Shown: in pieces, positions 1 to 7,459 of the stretch | Position numbering within the stretch: the stretch's first letter is position 1 | Layout of the letters: each line of letters opens with the position of its first letter | NCBI GenBank assembly: GCA_041600595.1 | Contig: JBFIJS010000001.1 | Span: 1-32,937, forward strand | Direction of reading: 5' to 3' | DNA: 32,937 nt | Source of the DNA: Saprospiraceae bacterium | GTDB lineage: Bacteria > Bacteroidota > Bacteroidia > Chitinophagales > Saprospiraceae | Translations under genes and position numbers: made by a program | Notes under the pieces: generated by a model | What the model saw: only the letters and a program-made list of their open reading frames with translations | Told to the model about the DNA's origin: nothing | The model's database searches: none

Positions 1-100
1 CTCCTTTGATAAGAATAATTAATTTGGTTAGGGTTTTTTGGTTTATGGTTTTTCGAAAGTTAACCATGAACCATAAATCGAACGACTCTTTCCAAAAACA

Positions 101-222
101 CTGTGAGGTGATGAAATCAGGCAGCCATGCCCTCTTGTCTCGGGGGTGGGGAATCAGGGATAAATTGCGCTCTGGCGTAGCTAATCTCCCCGTGAAGGTT
201 CGAGTCCTTCTCTCACAGCCCA
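101..222 (+). ncRNA. tRNA-shaped small RNA of non-canonical length (117-122 nt), family unassigned
   Basis: T arm at 194-210 (GAAGG / TTCGAGT / CCTTC). 211-217 TCTCACA pairs with 102-108 TGTGAGG, and C101-G218 extends this to 8 bp. T109 sits at the U8 position. 130-146 is a 5-bp stem with the 7-nt loop TTGTCTC. 148-191 is a long irregular extra arm. CCA-like CCCA lies at 219-222, followed by an intrinsic terminator. No tRNA or covariance software was run. Confidence 0.5.
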
Positions 223-224
223 AA

Positions 225-255
225 GGGGTAGTCGCTAGGCTACCCCTTTTCTTTT
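225..255 (+). terminator. Intrinsic terminator after the tRNA-like RNA
   Basis: GGGGTAG (225-231) pairs with CTACCCC (240-246) around an 8-nt loop, followed by TTTTCTTTT. Confidence 0.7.
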
Positions 256-362
256 GTCCGGAACCAACCGTCCTTGCCCAAACCTGCTCCTTGATGTGAT
301 AACCGCTTGATTTAACGCCCATTAAAAATGAAATAAGCGTGTACAAATCACCACAATCACCG

Positions 363-370
363 TATCTTTG
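363..370 (+). promoter_or_regulatory. Bacteroidota-type -7 promoter box TATCTTTG upstream of bamD
   Basis: Exact match to TAnnTTTG, ending 7 nt before the bamD ATG at 378. No clear -33 TTG. Confidence 0.4.
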
Positions 371-377
371 CGCCCCT

Positions 378-1223
378 ATGAAAAAAAAGTTCGTTTTCCC
401 ATCCTTTATCATTGCTATTTTCCTACTGCTCGGCAGTTGTAAATCTGAGTTTGAAAAAATCAGAGCCAGCGGTGATACAGCGTTGATCCACAAAAAAGCG
501 TTTGAGCTGTACGAACAGGAAGAGTATTTACGGGCACAAACCTTGTTCGAGTTGATTATTCCGGCTTACCGGGGTCGCCCGGAATTGGAGAAGGTTTACT
601 TCACCTATGCATACACCTATTATTATCTAAATAAATTCATCCTGGCTAATTATTACTTCCGGACTTTTGCTTCAACATTTCCAACCAGCAGCTACAAAGA
701 GGAGGCAGAGTTTATGGTGGGTTATGCCAGCTACCGGTTGTCGCCTTCTTACCGGCTGGACCAAACCTATTCCAGTAAAGCGATACAGGAGTTTGAAACG
801 TTTGTCAATAACTATCCAAATAGCGAACGGGTGAAAGAGTGCAACCGCCTCATCGATGAGTTGCGATTAAAACTGGAGCATAAAACTTTTAATGAGGGCA
901 AATTGTATTATGATCTTCGGCAGTACCAGGCAGCAATCGTCGTTTTTGAAAACTTGTTAAAAGATTTTCCGGAAACCAACAATGCCGAGCAGGTACGTTT
1001 CCTGATTGCCAAATCGTCTTATGATTTAGCATTCAACAGCGTTTTTACCAAACAGGAAGAGCGTTACCGGGAAACGGTTGGGTATGCCCAGGACTACCTG
1101 TCGAAGTTTTCCGACAGTAAAAACATAAACGAAGTTCAATCCATTTATAATAATTCAGTAAAAAAGCTAAAATCACTGACCAATGGCAGATATCAAGACC
1201 AAAGCGCAGGGGCTGGATCCTAA
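378..1223 (+). CDS. bamD: Outer membrane protein assembly factor BamD (lipoprotein, TPR-like)
   Basis: The ORF track gives 339-1223. I prefer the ATG at 378 (MKKKFVFPSF...) because it produces a signal peptide with lipobox LLLGSC. The body is helical and TPR-like, and bamD-rpoZ-coaBC order is typical of Bacteroidota. Confidence 0.8.
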   Translation: MKKKFVFPSFIIAIFLLLGSCKSEFEKIRASGDTALIHKKAFELYEQEEYLRAQTLFELIIPAYRGRPELEKVYFTYAYTYYYLNKFILANYYFRTFASTFPTSSYKEEAEFMVGYASYRLSPSYRLDQTYSSKAIQEFETFVNNYPNSERVKECNRLIDELRLKLEHKTFNEGKLYYDLRQYQAAIVVFENLLKDFPETNNAEQVRFLIAKSSYDLAFNSVFTKQEERYRETVGYAQDYLSKFSDSKNINEVQSIYNNSVKKLKSLTNGRYQDQSAGAGS

Positions 1224-1530
1224 TTTGCGGGCAAGAGATGTAAAGGCTCTCGCCGCTAAAACAGGTAACATTTACGAAACCCTTGCCATCATTACCAAGC
1301 GTTCCCGGCAACTGGCGATCGATCTCAAGCATGAACTCCATGGTAAACTGGAGGAATTCGCAGTCACTTCCGATACCATCGAAGAAATTACGGAAAACAA
1401 AGAGCAGATCGAAATTTCCAAGTTCTACGAAAAGTTACCTAACCCGACCGTTATCGCAACGGAGGATTTTGTCAATGATGAAATCCATTATCATTACAAC
1501 GACAACCGCCGCAACAATAACCGTCGGTAG
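1183..1530 (+). CDS. rpoZ: DNA-directed RNA polymerase subunit omega
   Basis: 115 aa with the core NIYETLAIITKRSRQLA, resembling the omega motif. It lies between bamD and coaBC and overlaps the bamD 3' end by 41 nt in another frame. Confidence 0.7.
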   Translation: MADIKTKAQGLDPNLRARDVKALAAKTGNIYETLAIITKRSRQLAIDLKHELHGKLEEFAVTSDTIEEITENKEQIEISKFYEKLPNPTVIATEDFVNDEIHYHYNDNRRNNNRR

Positions 1531-1591
1531 TAAACGATAAGTAGCAGGTAATCAGCTCTGAAAAGTTGCCTGCTACTTATTGCCAATTATT

Positions 1592-2788
1592 ATGCAAGGC
1601 AAAAAAATCCTGCTTGCCATCTCAGGTAGCATTGCCGCATACAAAGCTGCTTATCTGGTTCGGGAATTCATTAAATCCGGGGCAGAAGTACAGGTTTTGA
1701 TGACTCCCGCCGCTACCGCTTTCATTTCTCCCTTAACGCTTTCCACTTTATCAAAGAAGACCGTTGTCACGGAGGTTGTGTCCGAAGAAGCCTGGAACAA
1801 TCATGTTGAAATGGGCCTTTGGGCCGATGCCATGGTCGTTGCCCCGGCGACTGCCAATACGCTGGCCAAACTGGCCAACGGGGTTTGCGACAACATCATA
1901 TCGGCGGTTTATCTGTCGGCTCGCTGTCCGGTTTTTTTCGCCCCGGCTATGGATCTGGATATGTGGAAGCATGGGGCAACTTTGCGGAATGTGGCCTTGT
2001 TAAAATCCTACGGTGGGCACTTTATCCCCGTTGGTCATGGAGAGCTGGCAAGTGGCCTGATCGGGGAGGGGAGAATGGCCGAACCCCACGAAATTGTTTC
2101 TTTTCTGGAAAATCATTTCCAGGAAAAACAAAGTTTCCAGGGGAAAAAGGTCCTGATAACCGCCGGGCCTACCTATGAACCGCTCGACCCGGTTAGATTT
2201 ATTGGCAACCGTTCGTCCGGGAAAATGGGGGTGGCGCTCGCCATGTCGATGATCCGTAAAGGGGCAGTGGTTAAATTGGTGCTGGGACCCTCAAAATTGA
2301 CCCCTGCAGGTGAAAACCTGGACACCGTGCGGGTGCAAACAGCGCAGGAAATGTATGAAGCGGCGCAGAAAATTTTCCCTGAAGTGGATATTGCCATTTT
2401 CGCCGCGGCCGTCGCTGATTACAGGCCCAAATACGTTGCCGGAGAAAAGATCAAGAAAAAAGGGGAAGAAATGAATCTGGAACTTGAAAAGACTCCGGAC
2501 ATTGCCGCAACCCTGGGTCAGATGAAAAAGAGAGGCCAACTAACCGTTGGTTTCGCACTGGAAACCAACGATGAAAAGGCCAATGCGACCGGTAAAATGG
2601 AAAGGAAAAACTTTGACATGGTTGTCCTCAATTCGCTGCGGGATGAAGGAGCCGGGTTCAACTTTGATACAAACAAGGTCACTATTCTTAAAAAGGGCAA
2701 TATTCAAAAAGAATTTAAGTTAAAACCAAAAGAGGAAGTGGCAGAGGATATTGTGGCCGAGATCTTACTTATGTATAATAATCAATGA
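1592..2788 (+). CDS. coaBC: Bifunctional phosphopantothenoylcysteine decarboxylase / phosphopantothenate-cysteine ligase
   Basis: N-terminal flavoprotein fold (KKILLAISGSIAAYKA, PAMDLDMW) plus C-terminal DFP ligase (KVLITAGPTYEPLDPVRFIGNRSSGKMG, AAAVADYRP). I prefer the ATG at 1592 over the TTG at 1580. Confidence 0.9.
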   Translation: MQGKKILLAISGSIAAYKAAYLVREFIKSGAEVQVLMTPAATAFISPLTLSTLSKKTVVTEVVSEEAWNNHVEMGLWADAMVVAPATANTLAKLANGVCDNIISAVYLSARCPVFFAPAMDLDMWKHGATLRNVALLKSYGGHFIPVGHGELASGLIGEGRMAEPHEIVSFLENHFQEKQSFQGKKVLITAGPTYEPLDPVRFIGNRSSGKMGVALAMSMIRKGAVVKLVLGPSKLTPAGENLDTVRVQTAQEMYEAAQKIFPEVDIAIFAAAVADYRPKYVAGEKIKKKGEEMNLELEKTPDIAATLGQMKKRGQLTVGFALETNDEKANATGKMERKNFDMVVLNSLRDEGAGFNFDTNKVTILKKGNIQKEFKLKPKEEVAEDIVAEILLMYNNQ

Positions 2789-2792
2789 AATT

Positions 2793-3698
2793 ATGAAAAA
2801 GTGGTTTTTACCTATTTTGGTTAGCTTGTTTGTTATCAAGGCAGGCGCTCAGGAATTGGAAGTATCTGTACAAATATTGACCCCGATGCTACAAACGGTT
2901 GACCCCAAGGTTTTTGAGACTTTGCGGCAAACGATGGAGGAGTTTATGAATAACCAAAAATGGACTGAGGATCAGTTCGAACAGGAAGAGCGAATTCGCC
3001 TGGATATGATCATGACTATAACCTCCGAAATAGATCCTAATACGTTTGAGGCTGAAATACAGCTGCAGTCAACACGACCAGTTTTTGGCAGCACTTATGA
3101 AACCCCGCTGTTTAAGCACCTCGACAAGGGGATTACCTTTTCCTATCAACAATTTCAGCCCCTGGAGTATAGCCAAACCGCCTATATCAACGAGTTGTCC
3201 TCTGTTTTGGCCTATTATGCCTATGTGGTGTTGGGCCTGGATTACGACTCTTTTGCACCTTTTGGTGGAGAGGCGCATTTTCAAAGAGCTCAGGACATCA
3301 TCAATCAGGTGCCGCCCGGTGTTGCCAGTAGTGTAAAAGGCTGGCGGTCTGTTGACGGTAACCGTAACCGGTACTGGTTGATTGAAAATATGTTGAGCCC
3401 CCGAATTCGTACGTTCCGGCAAGCGTTTTATGATTATCACCGGCAGGGCCTGGATGCGATGCACGAAAATTCTGTGACAGCCAGGGCTATTATGACAGAA
3501 GCACTATCATCGTTGTTGTCGGTCAATCAAAACTATCCGAACTCCATGATTATGCAGGTTTTTACTAATACCAAAGCAGATGAAGTTATTGAGATTTACA
3601 AAGGTGCCTTTCCGGATGAAAAAAGTGAGATCATAAAGGTCATGGTGAAGGTTGACCCCTCCAAAGCCTCAACGTACAGACAACAGATTGGCAGATAA
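2793..3698 (+). CDS. DUF4835-family secreted protein (recalled as T9SS PorD-like in recent annotations, unverified)
   Basis: The ATG at 2793 gives MKKWFLPILVSLFVIKAGAQ, a signal peptide. Position directly after coaBC is the conserved Bacteroidota arrangement. Family name is from memory. Confidence 0.7.
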   Translation: MKKWFLPILVSLFVIKAGAQELEVSVQILTPMLQTVDPKVFETLRQTMEEFMNNQKWTEDQFEQEERIRLDMIMTITSEIDPNTFEAEIQLQSTRPVFGSTYETPLFKHLDKGITFSYQQFQPLEYSQTAYINELSSVLAYYAYVVLGLDYDSFAPFGGEAHFQRAQDIINQVPPGVASSVKGWRSVDGNRNRYWLIENMLSPRIRTFRQAFYDYHRQGLDAMHENSVTARAIMTEALSSLLSVNQNYPNSMIMQVFTNTKADEVIEIYKGAFPDEKSEIIKVMVKVDPSKASTYRQQIGR

Positions 3699-3736
3699 GA
3701 GCGATGCTGTAAAAGCTTTGTAAAAGCTGTAAGAAT

Positions 3737-3769
3737 GCGGACAAATGACCTTTGTCCGCATTTTTTTTT
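3737..3769 (+). terminator. Intrinsic terminator after the DUF4835 gene
   Basis: GCGGACAAA (3737-3745) pairs with TTTGTCCGC (3751-3759), followed by T9 (3761-3769). Confidence 0.8.
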
Positions 3770-4026
3770 GTGCCGGCAGAACTATACTTAAAAGGAAGTG
3801 GTTTGAGATTCTGCTATTTTATAAATCACTGAAGTCAAGTATGTGCCGAGGTAAAAAAGATTTGGTTTTTTCCAAATTTGACCTTTTGGAAATGGTATAA
3901 AAATGACCCGGGTGATTGGATTCCCTGCATTTTGCACAAAAAAACTAAGAAAGTAGGCAGGTCAATTTGGAACCAAAGTATTTCACGAACACCTGGTACT
4001 TTTAGTCATGATCCAACAATATTATC

Positions 4027-5277
4027 ATGGTCTTTAAAGCCTTTAAACTATACCGAAAATCCGTCTCTGGGTTTTCCCCCGAAATATGGCTGCTGTCATT
4101 AGTCACCTTTATCAATCGTAGCGGTACGATGGTCATCCCATTTTTGAGTGTTTATATGACCATTGAGCTTGGGTTTTCCATAGTTGAGGCAGGATGGGTG
4201 TTGTTCTGCTTCGGGATTGGTTCCTTGGCAGGGTCTTACATTGGAGGCTACCTGACCGACAAACTGGGGTACTACTGGGTCATGTTTTGGTCGCTGTTTG
4301 GCGGTGGTCTGATGTTTATACTGCTGGGGCAGGTTGGGACGATAGTGATGATGGGCACCATTGTTTTCCTGACGAGCATGATTGCGGATGCGTTAAGGCC
4401 TGCGGTTATGACGGCCATCGCCGCATACAGCAAACCCGAAAACCGGACACGGGCATTTTCATTGATCAGGATGGCTATCAACTTTGGTTGGGCGATGGGG
4501 CCGGCGTTTGGCGGTTGGCTGGTTAGTTATAAAGGATACTGGACACTTTTCTGGGCAGACGGGCTGACTTGCGTATTGGCCTCGTTGATGTTTGTTTTTT
4601 TTATGAAGGAGAAAAAAGTGGAAAAGAAAGCAGAGGTACAGGTCGTTCTAGGGCTTTCCAGTTCTCCATACAAAGACAGGGTGTACCTTTTTTTTCTGTT
4701 GCTTACCCTCATCGGAGCCATCGTTTTTATGCAGTTCCTCTATACCTTGCCTGTTTTTTACAAAGAGAAAATGGGGTTTTCAGAATTGATGATCGGTAAT
4801 ATGCTGGCCATGAATGGCCTCCTGATCGCTTTCGTAGAGATGCCATTGGTTTATACGCTGGAGCGTAAACTAAAGGCGATTGACAGTATTTGGGTCGGGG
4901 CATTGATGTACGGCATTGCCTATGCCATGCTCAACTTGACGGTCGGGTCGAGCCTGTTGCTGGCCGTTCTGTCGATGGTCATATTGTCTTTCGGTGAAAT
5001 ACTCAATATGCCCTTTACCAATACTTACGCTATTGGCCGTGCCTCCGAAAACAACAGGGGGGCTTATATGGGACTATTTACAATGACATTCTCTTTGGCA
5101 CATATTATCGGGCCTCCTTTAGGCACTCAAACCGTCCACTACTTTGGCTTTGAAACATTGTGGAACCTCATGGGGGCGATGAGCCTGGTTTCGGTTGCAG
5201 GTTTTTTATATCTGAAAAAAAGAACAGCCAAGGGCGCCCCTCCGGCCAAAGCAATGGATCTGGGGGTGGCTCAATAA
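4027..5277 (+). CDS. MFS transporter
   Basis: 416 aa and about 12 hydrophobic segments, with a central basic loop (KEKKVEKKAE) splitting two six-helix halves. An MFS-like GGYLTDKLG motif follows TM2. Confidence 0.8.
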   Translation: MVFKAFKLYRKSVSGFSPEIWLLSLVTFINRSGTMVIPFLSVYMTIELGFSIVEAGWVLFCFGIGSLAGSYIGGYLTDKLGYYWVMFWSLFGGGLMFILLGQVGTIVMMGTIVFLTSMIADALRPAVMTAIAAYSKPENRTRAFSLIRMAINFGWAMGPAFGGWLVSYKGYWTLFWADGLTCVLASLMFVFFMKEKKVEKKAEVQVVLGLSSSPYKDRVYLFFLLLTLIGAIVFMQFLYTLPVFYKEKMGFSELMIGNMLAMNGLLIAFVEMPLVYTLERKLKAIDSIWVGALMYGIAYAMLNLTVGSSLLLAVLSMVILSFGEILNMPFTNTYAIGRASENNRGAYMGLFTMTFSLAHIIGPPLGTQTVHYFGFETLWNLMGAMSLVSVAGFLYLKKRTAKGAPPAKAMDLGVAQ

Positions 5278-5481
5278 TCTCTCTTTCTGCAGAAAATATG
5301 GTAAAAAAGGTGGTTGAGGAACCTGGTTTCTGTGCTAAGGTGTTTTGCCAGGCCCGGATAGAAAAACAAGTGCTGACCGTATTTCATGACTGATTCTTCG
5401 GTTTGATATTGTCGGGACCGGTGGTTTTAAAGTGAAACGATTATCCGGATGGGATCGAAATAGTCATTGCGGGAAAAAATG

Positions 5482-5489
5482 TACTTTTG
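5482..5489 (+). promoter_or_regulatory. -7 promoter box TACTTTTG upstream of gpsA
   Basis: Exact TAnnTTTG match about 84 nt upstream of the gpsA ATG. Confidence 0.35.
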
Positions 5490-5572
5490 TTCGCCTTACC
5501 GGAAAAGTAAACTTCACCTTTTTGGAAGGTGGCAGGCGGTTCAGACAAAGAAAAAGAGTTGAACATTAAAAT

Positions 5573-6619
5573 ATGAAGAACAGGACAAAAGTAGGGGTCG
5601 TTGGGGCCGGAAGTTTCGGTTCGGCTATAGCCAATTTGCTGTCTTACAACGTTGACGTATTGATTTACGGAAGACAGGAAGAGTTTGTACAGTCGGTTAA
5701 TAAAGCCCATATCCATCCGGGGCTGAATCTGAAAATGGCGGAGAATGTAACGGCGACCCGTGACTTGCAGGAAGTGGCTGAGAGTTGTAATCTGATTTTC
5801 CCTATCATTCCTTCCGACAGCTTTCGTGAGGTCATCCGACAGTTGTCTCCGTTTTTGCATCCTTATCATTTAATGATTCATGGCACCAAGGGTTTTGATT
5901 TGGGCAACTTGTCTGAAGAGGATTTACAAAAAGGCAAAATAACCCGCAACAGTGTGAGTACGATGAGTGAAGTGATTCGCCAAGAGACTGTTGTGGCAAG
6001 GGTTGGGTGTCTTTCCGGTCCGAACCTCGCCAATGAAATCAATGAGGGACAGCCAACTGCGACCGTTATCGGAAGTAAATTTGAAGAAGTTGTTGAGCAG
6101 GGAAAAAAGGTGCTTAGTAGCCGGCATTTTCAAGTGTTTGGCACTTATGAAATACTTGGGGCAGAACTGGCCGGAGCTTTGAAAAATATCATTGCCATTG
6201 GGAGTGGGGTACTGGGCGGATTGGGTCTGGGAAAGAACATCCAGGCGTTACTGATCACGAGGGGGTTGATGGAGATGATTTATTTCGGCAAGGCACTTGG
6301 TGCTTCGCCAAAGCCGTTTGTCGGCACTGCTGGCATCGGAGATCTTGTTTGCACGGCTACCAGCAATAACAGCCGTAATTATACGCTGGGATATCAAATG
6401 GGGCAGGGGAGAACGGTAGAAGATATTCTGGCCAGTATGCCGGAGGTGGCAGAGGGGGTTAGAACCCTCAAAATTGCGAAGCATTTGGCCGATCACCTGA
6501 AGTTGCATGTTCCGATCACGCAGATGCTCTATAAGGCTGTCTATGAAGCGTATGATATGCGGCAGGCCATTGAGTACTTGATGCGCTATCCCTACTACGT
6601 TGACGTGGATTTTATTTAA
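5573..6619 (+). CDS. gpsA: NAD(P)H-dependent glycerol-3-phosphate dehydrogenase
   Basis: N-terminal Rossmann motif VGVVGAGSFGSAIA, plus LSGPNLANEI and a GALKNIIAIG-type core typical of GpsA. Confidence 0.9.
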   Translation: MKNRTKVGVVGAGSFGSAIANLLSYNVDVLIYGRQEEFVQSVNKAHIHPGLNLKMAENVTATRDLQEVAESCNLIFPIIPSDSFREVIRQLSPFLHPYHLMIHGTKGFDLGNLSEEDLQKGKITRNSVSTMSEVIRQETVVARVGCLSGPNLANEINEGQPTATVIGSKFEEVVEQGKKVLSSRHFQVFGTYEILGAELAGALKNIIAIGSGVLGGLGLGKNIQALLITRGLMEMIYFGKALGASPKPFVGTAGIGDLVCTATSNNSRNYTLGYQMGQGRTVEDILASMPEVAEGVRTLKIAKHLADHLKLHVPITQMLYKAVYEAYDMRQAIEYLMRYPYYVDVDFI

Positions 6620-6670
6620 TTGACAAAGAAAAGCAACATGCAGTGCCGCCCGGCGTAAGAGTAAGGCCAA

Positions 6671-6701
6671 AAAAAAAGTCATGCTAAGTAGCATGACTTT
6701 T
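6671..6701. terminator. Bidirectional intrinsic terminator after gpsA
   Basis: GTCATGCT (6678-6685) pairs with AGCATGAC (6690-6697). It is flanked by A7 upstream and T4 downstream, so it reads as a hairpin plus T-run on both strands. Confidence 0.75.
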
Positions 6702-6788
6702 AAATAATCCCATGAACATATCCAAAAACGAATTCTTAAGAGGAAATTGATCTGAACATTTCTGATTTACAATTTCCCTTGTATTTTT

Positions 6789-6933
6789 GCATCAGCCTAT
6801 TTCTTTTTGCGAAAGATAATTTTTTAATCCCATGAAATAATTGTTAGCGAAATTCTGTGTTAGAGTTAGTATCCCATGAACTAATTTTTTAAAGTCGATC
6901 TCTTTTGATCGGCTTTTTTTGTTAGGCTGATGC
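6789..6933. repeat. 11-bp perfect inverted repeat bracketing a 123-bp segment
   Basis: GCATCAGCCTA (6789-6799) is the reverse complement of TAGGCTGATGC (6923-6933). A third partial copy, TAGGCTGAT, lies at 7411-7419. Confidence 0.7.
6893..6920 (+). terminator. Intrinsic terminator-like hairpin, + strand
   Basis: AGTCGATC (6893-6900) pairs with GATCGGCT (6907-6914, one G-U), followed by a T-run to 6920. Confidence 0.6.
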
Positions 6934-6956
6934 GTATCTTTATTCAAATGGTTTTT

Positions 6957-7001
6957 AAAAAGTTAGTAATACCCCCTCAATCAGAGGGAGGGGGCTTACT
7001 A
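6957..7001 (-). terminator. Intrinsic terminator, reverse strand (hairpin A)
   Basis: Core CCCCCTC (6972-6978) / GAGGGGG (6988-6994) plus outer TAGTA (6964-6968) / TACTA (6997-7001). On the reverse strand it is followed at once by ACTTTTT. Confidence 0.6.
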
Positions 7002-7057
7002 CCAACAAATTATAATCCCATGAACATATTCTATCAAGTGGTTTGAATCATGGTTTT

Positions 7058-7094
7058 AAAAAAGCAGCCCGTCCCGACGCAGTCGGGACGACTG
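7058..7094 (-). terminator. Intrinsic terminator, reverse strand (hairpin B)
   Basis: CGTCCCGAC (7070-7078) / GTCGGGACG (7082-7090) plus outer CAG (7065-7067) / CTG (7092-7094). On the reverse strand it is followed by CTTTTTT. Confidence 0.65.
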
Positions 7095-7136
7095 GCTATT
7101 AACAAATTATAATCCCATGAACATTTTCAAACCGTG

Positions 7137-7162
7137 GCCGATTCTTTTAATCGGCGTTTTTT
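7137..7162 (+). terminator. Intrinsic terminator-like hairpin, + strand
   Basis: GCCGATT (7137-7143) pairs with AATCGGC (7149-7155), followed by G and T6. Confidence 0.6.
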
Positions 7163-7418
7163 ACTCTCATCTCTTCTGCCATCTTTCTTCGTTTTTCAAT
7201 CATCTCTTGTGTTAATCACTAATCACGATACAAATGTGCAACGATAATTTGCCAAGACCAAGGACAAAAATAGGGCTTTGTGAAATATTTTTATAATATC
7301 GACAGGAGGGCATGAAACAATTAAGTATTTGAAAATCAATTGTTTATGTTTTTTAATGATTTTTATTTAAGCTGGTTTTTGTGAAAAAAAATATGTCAAA
7401 TCTTTTAAAATAGGCTGA

Positions 7419-7459
7419 TTTTTTTTTTGAAAAAAAAATTAAAAAGGTTGAAAAAACCT
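7419..7459 (-). terminator. Intrinsic terminator, reverse strand, next to a T10-G-A9 palindrome
   Basis: AGGTT (7445-7449) pairs with AACCT (7455-7459). On the reverse strand it is followed by TTTTTAATTTTTTTTT. Confidence 0.55.

Larger units (their letters stand above)
6706..7124. repeat. Five dispersed copies of an AATCCCATGAAC box; the last two sit in 24-nt identical boxes within tandem units of about 100 nt
   Basis: Copies at 6706-6717, 6826-6837 (ends GAAA), 6871-6881 (lacks the first A), 7014-7025 and 7111-7122. AACAAATTATAATCCCATGAACAT is identical at 7004-7027 and 7101-7124. The units also share ATGGTTTT(T)AAAAAG at 6948-6962 and 7050-7064. Confidence 0.7.

Noticed and set aside
101-222. 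tmRNA, SRP RNA, RNase P RNA, tRNA-Sec or Y-RNA identity for the first RNA
   Set aside because: There is no GGGGCTG...CTCCACCA alanine-type acceptor (tmRNA), no GGAA-tetraloop SRP domain IV motif and no GAGGAAAGTCC (RNase P). There is no TCA anticodon loop or 6-bp/4-nt D arm (tRNA-Sec). In YrlA-type Y RNAs the termini close the Ro-binding stem rather than the acceptor-like stem. None fit by eye, so it is left unclassified.
6-299. 97-aa ORF covering the first 300 nt
   Set aside because: It runs straight through the tRNA-like fold and its terminator and has no protein-like features. The RNA reading explains the region better.
1541-1576. 8-bp hairpin GTAGCAGG / CCTGCTAC between rpoZ and coaBC
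   Set aside because: It has a 20-nt loop and only a weak TTATT after it. It may attenuate or stabilise the transcript, but that cannot be shown from the sequence.
3708-3728. Tandem TGTAAAAGCT x2 (period 11) between the DUF4835 stop and its terminator
   Set aside because: It is a short, AT-rich, two-copy repeat in a 3' UTR, most simply explained by slippage.
3860-3891. Two mutually exclusive hairpins (ATTTGG/CCAAAT and TTCCAAA/TTTGGAA) upstream of the MFS gene
   Set aside because: The stems are only 6-7 bp and AT-rich. No leader peptide or T-run is present to support an attenuator model.
5441-6694. ORFs of 142, 69 and 148 aa antisense to gpsA
   Set aside because: They overlap a confidently assigned gene on the opposite strand and have no motifs.
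6706-7124. CRISPR array
   Set aside because: The repeats are only 12-24 nt and irregularly spaced (120, 45, 143 and 97 nt). They are not partially palindromic in the CRISPR manner, and no cas genes are in the window.
6712-7215. Short peptides starting at the ATG inside each CCCATGAAC box (+ strand), and reverse-strand frames ending ...VHGIIIC
   Set aside because: The products are 2, 2, 8, 12 and 32 aa with no conserved sequence or length. The reverse-strand VHGII frame has an in-frame stop just upstream and no start codon. Conservation lies in the nucleotides, not in a reading frame.
7304-7345. Shine-Dalgarno-like AGGAGGG, then a 6-codon ORF (MKQLSI, 7312-7332) and the inverted repeat AAACAATT / AATTGTTT (7315-7322 / 7338-7345)
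   Set aside because: It resembles a leader peptide with an attenuator, but nothing downstream is coding on this strand for about 430 nt, and no promoter box sits at a sensible distance. There is too little support to call it.
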